This document shows, in pieces, positions 9,001 to 15,645 of a stretch of 15,892 bases of DNA. Position numbers and translations under genes: made by a program. Each line of letters starts with the position of its first letter. The stretch's first letter is position 1. The notes beneath the pieces were generated by a model, which had not been told where the DNA came from, searched no databases, and worked only from the letters and a program-made list of their open reading frames with translations. The DNA is from Rhodothermales bacterium (lineage in GTDB: Bacteria > Bacteroidota > Rhodothermia > Rhodothermales > VXPQ01). The stretch lies in contig JBBDTI010000090.1 in assembly GCA_040904565.1 (NCBI GenBank), forward strand, positions 1 to 15,892. Direction: 5' to 3'.

Positions 9001-9465
9001 TCCTGCCGCGATGAGCGTACGCGCCAGCCAGATCCGCGCCTCGTCCTCGAGGCCCGTATTCATTTCGACAACTTCCCGGAATTTCTGCTCGGCGCCTATG
9101 TAGTTTTCCTGATACAAATAGGATTTGCCGATGAGGAGAAGGGCGTCGTCGACCCACTTCGAACGAGGATGCTCCCGCAGTACGTCCGCACACTTGTCGA
9201 TGGCGTTCTGAAAGCCGACGTTGCCGCCCGAGCGGCTGGGTCCGCCGAACACGGCGATGTAGCGCGATCGGTCGATCTCCTCGGACACCCCCTCCATCGC
9301 CGAAAGAGCCCCTTCATACGCCTGCTCGGCATTGTAGAAGGTGTTGTAGTAGGCGGTAAAGTTATCGAACCGCTGCCCGAGAAAGGACATCCTGCCGCAG
9401 CCCGTCGCCGCGACGAGGAGGAGCAGGAGGAGGCTCCACGTACCGATACGAGCTAAATTCGACAT
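6091..9465 (-). CDS. TPR lipoprotein, PorW/SprE-like (type IX secretion accessory), with acidic low-complexity insertion and C-terminal SPOR-like domain (1124 aa)
   Basis: Signal peptide with lipobox VAATG-C23 and many TPR helices. Motifs FDNFTAYYNTFYNA, SKWVDDALLLIGKSY and FIAQWGERPRLPNWRR resemble PorW/SprE conserved blocks. The C-terminal ~80 aa (GYTIVL...IYRAAVGQF...AARAL) fit the SPOR pattern. Confidence 0.7.
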   Translation of the reverse strand: MSNLARIGTWSLLLLLLVAATGCGRMSFLGQRFDNFTAYYNTFYNAEQAYEGALSAMEGVSEEIDRSRYIAVFGGPSRSGGNVGFQNAIDKCADVLREHPRSKWVDDALLLIGKSYLYQENYIGAEQKFREVVEMNTGLEDEARIWLARTLIAAGAYDDARGHLISSLELEDVSERYEPQLRIALGELLTRLESFEDAAVELERGMEDVRDNEIEAKTTFLLGQVYETLGRYEEAVDAYRRVPTAHPRYELAYAANVSAVRVQGLHLDPSQALDQLRRLERDDKNYANRFELAYVRGRIYQARGQAEDARSMYREILYDPEAQVGDLRGRLHYALAELYRDEFQDYTVASAHFDSARTAFSSRVQSTRASSVPKYAPEAITDAPRQAETFKSFADVRVRIARMDSLLELGQLDEKAFQERILEMRRQRAEDLAEQQRLAAQRQAERGFQDAAGRSAGAASTSSSAAQNTGQAGFLFHRDPVRVQEARMNFIAQWGERPRLPNWRRTAAIAASAGAETGPLAGTDLEAVDQAAQSSQLPPIDYSEVPRDSASQADMKTERALARYELGNVLFLAMDRPDSAATWYRRVIEEDADEEVARRAYYALAEVQRSLGDTAAARQIYEQVLREYPDSDFAGRVREQLGMDQPASIDSLTIAMSDYDEAFARWRQGFYAGALDSMVVVAARYPKTNVAPKALLAAGRIYLEWADEDSLDVFAPLPITVSDSLLKAAGLLKRAESPRADSTASSQSEDSVASGQADGVPPPADEAPRRRVELQDEGEDPAGNTAPSDRFRDEPARDDEELLVDGRNEISPDDAELDDDLHRDMERDSGGDPGSTLENDGRRDTEDVVDGIADSTPTGAAADSTLTDAASDSLLTGAAADSSAVPADDPGDDPATTADDSLAVAQRSDSLEADSTITTSGLIAAAQDNAVYLKTLYASVRERYPSTPYAEQAGDMLDALERKLREMEAPPLDSAAVRSMLAATSTWGAVGSLLADSLFAPPSDSVLAGALPADTTEVPTTADDATSVPADSTALWSEKAILPEEGGYTIVLDAGEERDRIDAVVAEYRAKGYQAGVLEMSLGGTTIYRAAVGQFAGPEAAARALEEHRDEYGAGAQVVPIDAP
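6820..6910. repeat. In-frame 27-bp tandem repeat (3 full copies plus a partial)
   Basis: cgaatccgcggcagcaccggtgaggag / cgaatccgaggcagcatcggtgagggt / cgaatccgcggcagcaccggtgggggt / cgaatccgcg; encodes ADSTPTGAA-ADSTLTDAA-SDSLLTGAA-ADS. Confidence 0.95.
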
Positions 9466-9636
9466 AAGGTCACCAGTTGTGCAGTACGACCGAACGGAGC
9501 ATTCCCGGTCACCGCGCAGGCGCGGGCACGACGGTCATCCATCCATCAAAGCATCGTATCAGTCAGGCATATGCTCCATGAGAGAGCCGGGTAACCGTCG
9601 AATGAGCGGGCGCGAAGGAGCGGAGGCCTTGCGATT

Positions 9637-9670
9637 GGCATCGGGCAGCGGTATCGGGCAGCGGCATCGG
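9637..9670. repeat. Intergenic 13-bp tandem repeat (about 2.6 copies)
   Basis: ggcatcgggcagc / ggtatcgggcagc / ggcatcgg. Confidence 0.85.
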
Positions 9671-9750
9671 ATGGAGGTATCATGCGGTGCCATCGAACGC
9701 TGCCATCTACTGTAGCGCATCAGTGGCCTTGCCATCGATGATCGTCCGAT

Positions 9751-11178
9751 TCAGATTCGGCTGACGTGCACCATGTTGGTTCGCCCCTTGGCGGGAAGTG
9801 GCATGCCGGCCGTGATGACGATGAGATCGCCGCGGTCGACGAGCCCCTTTTCGGTCAGAATTCCGTGGACGAGATTGACGCCCGCGTCAGTGTCACGCTG
9901 GAAAGGAATCGAAAAAGATTTTGTTCCCCAAAGGAGGCCGAGCTGGCGCATGACGCGCTCGTCGTCCGTAAAGGCATACAGCGGCACACTCGGACGATGG
10001 CGGGCGATGGCCCGGGCCGTCGCGCCGCTTGCCGTCAGGCACGCGATCGCGGAAGCGCCGACCTGCTCCGCCAGATCGTACGTGGTATAGCTGACGGACT
10101 CCGTGACGTCCTCCGACAAGAAGCGCCGGTGGGTGGGAGCCGTAAGCGGACTCTGATACTGGCGCCAGTGCTGCTCGGCGTCGAGGATGATCTGCGACAT
10201 GACCTCCACGACGCGAACGGGGTGCTTGCCGACCGCGGTTTCACCCGACAGCATGACGGCATCGCTCCCGTCCAGCACGGCGTTGGCCACGTCGCTCGCT
10301 TCCGCGCGCGTAGGACGCGGGTTGTCGATCATGCTCTCGAGCATCTGGGTCGCCGTAATGACCGGCTTGGCCGCGGCCATGCATTTGTGGATGATCGTCT
10401 TCTGCGTGCCCGGCACGCGGGAGATCGGCATCTCGATACCCAGGTCACCGCGGGCGACCATGATGGCGTCCGCTTCGTCGAGGATCTCGTCGATCTTTCG
10501 GACGGCCTCGGGTTTCTCGATCTTGGCGAGTACTTTGACGTTCTTGCCGGAATCTCGGACGCGGGACATGAGCTCCGTAACGTCCGATTCATCCCGCACG
10601 AAGGAGAGAGCGATCAGGTCGACGTCCATCGAGAGACCGAACTCCAGGTCTGCGATGTCCTTCTCGGTGAGCGACGGGCTGGTCGTCTTAATGTCGGGAA
10701 GGTTGACGCCCTTTCGCGATCGCAGGGGACCACCCACGACCACTTCCGTGACGACGTCGCCGTTGATAACATCGACCACTTCGAGCTCTAGAAGGCCGTC
10801 GTCGAGCAGGATCCGTCCGCCGACGTTGACGTCATCCGCCAGCGTATCATAGCTGATGTGGACGCGCTCCCGGTTGCCGTACTCCATCTCGTCGGTGGTC
10901 AGCGTGAGGTGCTGTCCCTTATGGATGAGCACGCCGCCGTTCTTGATGAGACCGATCCGAATCTTGGGACCCTGCAGGTCCTGCAGGACGGGTACGACCT
11001 TCCCCAGCTCGTCCGCCGCCTGCCGCACGAAGCGAATGAGCCGCGCGTGATCGTCGTGGGTTCCGTGCGAGAAATTCAGGCGCACCACGTCCATTCCCGC
11101 GCGGATTAGCTCCCGTATCGTGTCGAGATCCGATGAAGACGGGCCGAGGGTGCAAACGATTTTGGTTCGACGATTCAT
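9751..11178 (-). CDS. pyk: Pyruvate kinase (475 aa)
   Basis: RRTKIVCTLGP, RLNFSHG, DLQGPKIR, AKIE, MVARGDLG, ATQMLESM, PTRAEASDVANA, MLSGETA. Confidence 0.99.
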   Translation of the reverse strand: MNRRTKIVCTLGPSSSDLDTIRELIRAGMDVVRLNFSHGTHDDHARLIRFVRQAADELGKVVPVLQDLQGPKIRIGLIKNGGVLIHKGQHLTLTTDEMEYGNRERVHISYDTLADDVNVGGRILLDDGLLELEVVDVINGDVVTEVVVGGPLRSRKGVNLPDIKTTSPSLTEKDIADLEFGLSMDVDLIALSFVRDESDVTELMSRVRDSGKNVKVLAKIEKPEAVRKIDEILDEADAIMVARGDLGIEMPISRVPGTQKTIIHKCMAAAKPVITATQMLESMIDNPRPTRAEASDVANAVLDGSDAVMLSGETAVGKHPVRVVEVMSQIILDAEQHWRQYQSPLTAPTHRRFLSEDVTESVSYTTYDLAEQVGASAIACLTASGATARAIARHRPSVPLYAFTDDERVMRQLGLLWGTKSFSIPFQRDTDAGVNLVHGILTEKGLVDRGDLIVITAGMPLPAKGRTNMVHVSRI

Positions 11179-11213
11179 ACGGTATGGTCTTGGAGTGCAT
11201 CAACAGGTTGAAG

Positions 11214-12362
11214 CTACGCGACGCCCCCCGCTTGATCAAACCCATTCGGGCGAATCAGGTGCTCGAGATCGCTCCGTGACCCCGCCTTCTCGAGCGCGGA
11301 GGAAATCATCATGAGCTCGCCGACGTTTTCGAGCGTGAGGAGCCCGACCAGCTCTCCACCCCGCACGACCGGAACGGTCGAGCAGCGGGCCTCGGCCATC
11401 CTTCGAAAGGCTTCCTCGAGCATGGCCGTATCTTCGACCTCGAAGCAATCCGGCTCCAGCACGTCGCGGACGAGCGTTTCGCGGTCGCGTTCCGCCAGCG
11501 CTTTCAGCAGGCGTTTTCGCGTCAGAATACCGACGATCGCTCCGTCGTCCACCACCGGAAAATCCTGCTCCGAACCTGCCAGCAGTTCCTCGACGGCCTT
11601 GTCGAGGGTATCCTCGGGCGCGAGCGTGACGAACCGGGTGATCATGGCCTGTCGGACGGGCACCCCTTCCGTGACGGCCCGCATCATGGCCTGCTGGGCC
11701 TCCTGCTGCGCCCCGACGTACACGAAGAGCGCGATGAACAGCAGGATCGGATTGAAGCCGATGAGTCCGACGATGCCGAACAGAATCGCCATGCCCTGTC
11801 CGACGTTCGCGGCAATCTGTGTGGCGCGAGCGTAGTTCATCCGCGTCGCCAGCAGCGAGCGCAGGACGCGCCCGCCGTCCATCGGAAACGCCGGCAGCAA
11901 GTTAAATCCGACCAGAATGACATTGAGCCACATCAGCGTGCCGAGGAAATTGGCGCCCGGCTGAATGAACGCTTCCGGTGACAGCGACGCGCCCGTGACG
12001 AGGATCAGGGCCAGGAGCGCGGCGGCGATCACGACGTTCACGGCGGGCCCGGCTACGGCGATCCAGAATTCCTTCATCGGCTCTTCCGGGATGCGCTGCA
12101 GGCGCGCCACCCCGCCGATCGGGTAGAGTGTAATATCGCGCGTGGGCACGTCGAACTGCCGTGCCGCGAGCGCGTGACCGAACTCGTGCAGCACCACGCA
12201 CGCAAAAATGGCAAGGATGAGTCCGACACCCACCAGCGCCGCGGCCACGCTGTTGCCCTGGAATAGATAGAATGCAAAAACGCCCGCAACGAGGAGCAGG
12301 AACGTCCAGTGCAGTCGGACGCCGATACCCGAGATCGATCCAACCTGAAGCGAGCTCTTCAT
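11214..12362 (-). CDS. Site-2 protease (peptidase M50) with C-terminal CBS pair (382 aa; start corrected from 12581 to ATG 12362)
   Basis: MKSSLQVGSISGIGVRLHWTF start typical of the family, HEFGH zinc motif, AGPAVN, NLLPAFPMDGGR, several TM helices, two CBS repeats (FPVVDDGAIVGILT; VPVVRGGELVGLLT). The upstream 73 codons in the ORF track are translated repeat DNA. Confidence 0.95.
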   Translation of the reverse strand: MKSSLQVGSISGIGVRLHWTFLLLVAGVFAFYLFQGNSVAAALVGVGLILAIFACVVLHEFGHALAARQFDVPTRDITLYPIGGVARLQRIPEEPMKEFWIAVAGPAVNVVIAAALLALILVTGASLSPEAFIQPGANFLGTLMWLNVILVGFNLLPAFPMDGGRVLRSLLATRMNYARATQIAANVGQGMAILFGIVGLIGFNPILLFIALFVYVGAQQEAQQAMMRAVTEGVPVRQAMITRFVTLAPEDTLDKAVEELLAGSEQDFPVVDDGAIVGILTRKRLLKALAERDRETLVRDVLEPDCFEVEDTAMLEEAFRRMAEARCSTVPVVRGGELVGLLTLENVGELMMISSALEKAGSRSDLEHLIRPNGFDQAGGVA

Positions 12363-12439
12363 AGCGTATGATAATATTATGTGATTGCTTGGGAGCACGT
12401 GCCGGATCCGGCGGTCGCGCCGGTCCGTGTGCCGGTCGT

Positions 12440-12524
12440 CGCGGCAGTCGCCGGACCGTGGCAGTCGTCGGACCGCGGCCGTAGTCGGACCGTGGCAGTC
12501 GTCGGACCGTACCGGTCGTCGTAG
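12440..12524. repeat. Intergenic 17-bp minisatellite (4 good copies plus 1 degenerate)
   Basis: cgcggcagtcgccggac / cgtggcagtcgtcggac / cgcggccgtagtcggac / cgtggcagtcgtcggac / cgtaccggtcgtcgtag; contiguous, no spacers. Confidence 0.92.
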
Positions 12525-12661
12525 CGCACAGCCCACGTGCCTGATGAAGGAGAACCCGCCTGAACCAACTCCGTTTCGCACGAAACGAAACCGTCACGTG
12601 ACTGATGCACCTCCGCCCTGAACGTGTCCGCCGGACGTGCACGAAGAGCGGCCGCTTCGCA

Positions 12662-13606
12662 TTACGGGCGCATCGTGACGCGCTCCAGGCGGTCGTATAC
12701 GTTTTCCGACCAGTACGCCGACCGGACGGCTTCGACGAGCTCCATCCGGTATCGGCCGGACGTTCCTTCGACGGCGAGCAGGAGCCGCTCCTCTCCGGTG
12801 CCGCGCCAGTAGGTTTCGACGGCGTCGGCCTCTTCGGCGTACGGTGACGGTACGTCCCCGTCGAAGGACACCGTGATGCGCTCGGCCTCATGCAGGCCGG
12901 CTTCCGTCTCGATCGTTTCGACGCCTGTACGTTCGGCCACGGCGCCGACGACCTCTCCGGTTTCCAGCAGCACGCCGAATTCCAGCCGCGCCGCTCCTTC
13001 GAACGCCATCGCACGAACGAGCACGGGGAGAAACGACGGCGGATACGATCCGTTTTCGTAAGCGTACGTGTCTCTCCTGTTTCCGTAGTCGTCGGACCGC
13101 ATGAGATAATGCACGGCACCGCTCGGAGCAACCGCCTGCTCCCTGTACAGATTCGAGCACCAGTCGAAGCTGGTGAACGATGCTTTGAGCAGCCGCAGAT
13201 CGGACTGGCGGGCATTTATGACGTAGTTTCGCTTGTATTCATAGGAGCCGCTTTCGAATTCATAGAAGAGCGCGTACTTGAAGGCCGACACCGCATCGCG
13301 CGCTTCGGGTGCCGCTTTCGCTTCCGTCGATGGATCGTAATCGTGCTTGACCAGGTAGGTACCCACGAGAAACTCCTGGTCGTCGGGCTCACCGTACTGA
13401 TTGCGCGTCCGATGTACGCGGTAGAATGCCATCTCCGCCTGTCCGTCGTTCCAGAGCGGTGCCGTCAGGTAGGATGCGTCGGCGATCGATTCAGCCTGGG
13501 CTGCATCGAGTTCCGAGCCGGAATTTCCGCACCCGGCAATGAACAGAGCGGCAAGCAGGAGGGCTGCCGGGGGCGTAGAGCGTGGAATCCAATAGTCAAT
13601 ATTCAT
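12662..13606 (-). CDS. Uncharacterised lipoprotein (314 aa)
   Basis: Hydrophobic signal with lipobox FIAG-C26. The mature region is aromatic-rich and globular-looking (LWNDGQAEMAFY, FESGSYEY, SFTSFDWC). Confidence 0.85.
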   Translation of the reverse strand: MNIDYWIPRSTPPAALLLAALFIAGCGNSGSELDAAQAESIADASYLTAPLWNDGQAEMAFYRVHRTRNQYGEPDDQEFLVGTYLVKHDYDPSTEAKAAPEARDAVSAFKYALFYEFESGSYEYKRNYVINARQSDLRLLKASFTSFDWCSNLYREQAVAPSGAVHYLMRSDDYGNRRDTYAYENGSYPPSFLPVLVRAMAFEGAARLEFGVLLETGEVVGAVAERTGVETIETEAGLHEAERITVSFDGDVPSPYAEEADAVETYWRGTGEERLLLAVEGTSGRYRMELVEAVRSAYWSENVYDRLERVTMRP

Positions 13607-13625
13607 CAGGCTGATTAATCGCTAA

Positions 13626-15104
13626 ATGGAAACTGGTTCTAGGGTCGGTCGGCATCGTCGCGTTCTCGTTACGGGTGCGACCGGATATATAGGTGGGCGG
13701 CTCATCCCGTGCCTCCTTGAACGCGGATACGGCGTAAGATGCTTCGCCCGCGATCCGGATCGGTTGTCCGGGCATGCGTGGGCGGCGAATGTCGAGATGG
13801 CGAAGGGCGATGCGCTCGACTACGCCTCGGTCGAACGGGCGCTCGACGGCATCGACGTCGTCTTCTATCTGATTCATTCACTGGGGGCGGGAGAAGGCGA
13901 ATTCTCGGAACGAGACCGAACGGCGGCCGGGCATTTCGCGCGGGCCGCTCAAGAACGCGGCGTCCGCCGCATCATGTATCTGGGCGGACTCAGGCCGGAA
14001 GGGGGACCTACCTCCGAGCATCTTCAGAGCCGGCTCGACACCGGAGAAACGCTTCGCAGTGGATCGGTCCCGGTAACCGAGTTTCGCGCAGGCGTCATCG
14101 TCGGTTCAGGCAGCCTCTCCTTTGAGCTCATTCGCTATCTCACCGAGCGCCTGCCCGCCATGATCTGTCCGCGATGGGTCGACACCGAAACGCATCCCAT
14201 CGCCGTGCGTGACGTGCTGCGCTACCTGGTCGACGCCCTCGACATCGACGCGACGACCGGCCGCATCGTCGAAATCGGCGGGGCCGACGTGCTGACGTAT
14301 GCCCAGATGTTTGAGACGTATGCCAGGGTACGCGGCCTGCGCCGCTGGATCGTGCGTGTCCCCCTGCTGACGCCTCGCCTCTCCTCACACTGGGTCGGTC
14401 TCGTCACCCCGCTCACGGCGACCATCGCTAAACCGCTCATCAAGGGACTCGACAGTCCCGTCAAAGTTCAAGACACCTCCGGTGCCGCACTGTTTGACAT
14501 CGAACCCATCTCATACGAGGCAGCCGTACGCCTCGCCCTGCGGCGCTTCGACGACGACGCCGTCACTACCAGCTGGCACGGCGCACTGTCCTCAGGCCCT
14601 CCTGAAGGCGAATCCGTTTCCGAGCTGGAAGACCGCGAGGGCCTTTTTGTGGAGACGCGCCGCGTGTTCGTCCCGGCATCTCCCGGCGACGTGTGGACGG
14701 TCATCGTTCGACTTGGCGGCCAGACCGGATGGCTTTACGCCGACGCATTGTGGGAGCTACGAGGACTGGCCGACCTCGCGGTCGGCGGCGTGGGCCTCCG
14801 GCGCGGACGCCGCAGCGCGACGGCCCTACGGGCGGGCGACGCCCTCGATTTCTGGCGCGTCGAATCCATCGAGCCACCGCATCTCCTGCGTCTTCGGGCG
14901 GAAATGAAGGTACCGGGCCGGGCCTGGCTCGAGTTTCGGATCGCCCCTGTCGAATCGGGCGGCGGCATGCTCTCGCAGACGGCCTTTTTCGAGCCGCGTG
15001 GACTGGCGGGATTCCTGTACTGGTATGGCCTCTATCCGGTACACCGAATCATCTTCCGCGGCATGCTGGATCGTATCAAGGAACGTGTTGAAGCGGCGGC
15101 GTAA
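13626..15104 (+). CDS. Atypical SDR NAD(P)-binding protein with C-terminal DUF2867/SRPBCC-like domain (YbjT-like, 492 aa)
   Basis: VLVTGATGYIGG Rossmann motif, YLIHSL, SEHLQSR, RAGVIVGSGSLSFE; C-terminal GGQTGWLY...DFWRVE...LRAEMKVPGRAWLEF...FEPRGLAGFLYWY...HRIIFRGM. Confidence 0.9.
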   Translation: METGSRVGRHRRVLVTGATGYIGGRLIPCLLERGYGVRCFARDPDRLSGHAWAANVEMAKGDALDYASVERALDGIDVVFYLIHSLGAGEGEFSERDRTAAGHFARAAQERGVRRIMYLGGLRPEGGPTSEHLQSRLDTGETLRSGSVPVTEFRAGVIVGSGSLSFELIRYLTERLPAMICPRWVDTETHPIAVRDVLRYLVDALDIDATTGRIVEIGGADVLTYAQMFETYARVRGLRRWIVRVPLLTPRLSSHWVGLVTPLTATIAKPLIKGLDSPVKVQDTSGAALFDIEPISYEAAVRLALRRFDDDAVTTSWHGALSSGPPEGESVSELEDREGLFVETRRVFVPASPGDVWTVIVRLGGQTGWLYADALWELRGLADLAVGGVGLRRGRRSATALRAGDALDFWRVESIEPPHLLRLRAEMKVPGRAWLEFRIAPVESGGGMLSQTAFFEPRGLAGFLYWYGLYPVHRIIFRGMLDRIKERVEAAA

Positions 15105-15107
15105 CGG

Positions 15108-15151
15108 CTGCGCGTCGCACCTACTCCGGCCTGCGCGTGGCACCTACTCCG
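15108..15151. repeat. Direct duplication of 21 bp (23-bp period) between convergent genes
   Basis: ctgcgcgtcgcacctactccg (15108-15128) vs ctgcgcgtggcacctactccg (15131-15151), 20/21 identical. Confidence 0.9.
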
Positions 15152-15632
15152 ACGCTTCGACCTCGACGTTCACGTCTGCAAACTCGACGGGCATGTTCGT
15201 ACGCGGGATCACGACGAAGTGAGCCGGATTGGTCCACTCGCCGGTCTGTCGGGAGGGATGGTACTCCGTCGCGTACACGACGAGGTGCTGAGCGACCGAC
15301 CGCAGGGAGTCGATATGCACGCTCACGCTTCCTCCCCATCTCGACCCCAGAATGACGCCTACGACCATGTACCGGCTGATATCGACGCGATCGAACCGGG
15401 CCCGCGCGAAATCTCTGTCGACCGTGGGATAATTGGACAGCAGCGTCGACCAGTCGTGCGTCGACTGAATCACGACGTTCCGGGGTCCGCCGTCGGGGTC
15501 AAACACCTCGCTCGATAGAAAAAGGTCGGCCGGCGCGTCACCGTCCGGCTCGATATAATACGAGCCCGAAGCGCAGCCGCATGCGAGAAGCAGAAGTACG
15601 GCCGGGTACGATATCCTGAGGAGTCGCGGCAT
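15144..15632 (-). CDS. Small lipoprotein with PrcB C-terminal-like domain (162 aa)
   Basis: Lipobox LLAC18 or ACGC20. C-terminal VDISRYMVVGVILGSRWGGSVSVHI...TNPAHFVVIPRTNMPVEF matches the PrcB_C pattern as I recall it. Confidence 0.7.
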   Translation of the reverse strand: MPRLLRISYPAVLLLLACGCASGSYYIEPDGDAPADLFLSSEVFDPDGGPRNVVIQSTHDWSTLLSNYPTVDRDFARARFDRVDISRYMVVGVILGSRWGGSVSVHIDSLRSVAQHLVVYATEYHPSRQTGEWTNPAHFVVIPRTNMPVEFADVNVEVEASE

Positions 15633-15645
15633 AATCGGAAGGCGG

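Noticed and set aside
7867-10791. 529-aa and 341-aa plus-strand ORFs opposite the TPR gene and pyk
   Set aside because: Same antisense-shadow artefact.
12440-12524. Repeat array as a possible mini-CRISPR
   Set aside because: Units are contiguous 17-mers with no unique spacers, and there are no cas genes in the window.
12534-12600. Hammerhead-ribozyme-like words on the plus strand (CTGATGA at 12541, GAAA at 12582, short stem then GTC at 12593)
   Set aside because: The core-flanking pairs fail: stem II would open with an A-C mismatch and stem I is offset by 2 nt. The GAAA is also sequestered in the CGTTTCG/CGAAACG hairpin. An Infernal search with hammerhead models would settle it.
11902-13215. 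437-aa minus-strand ORF bridging the lipoprotein and M50 genes
   Set aside because: Arg/Pro-rich off-frame translation overlapping two well-supported genes and the repeat; no slippery site or domain evidence.
3718-15632. FtsH, M50 protease and PrcB-like protein as a dedicated envelope-proteolysis system
   Set aside because: The genes are separated by unrelated housekeeping genes and a strand switch; no shared regulatory motif was seen.
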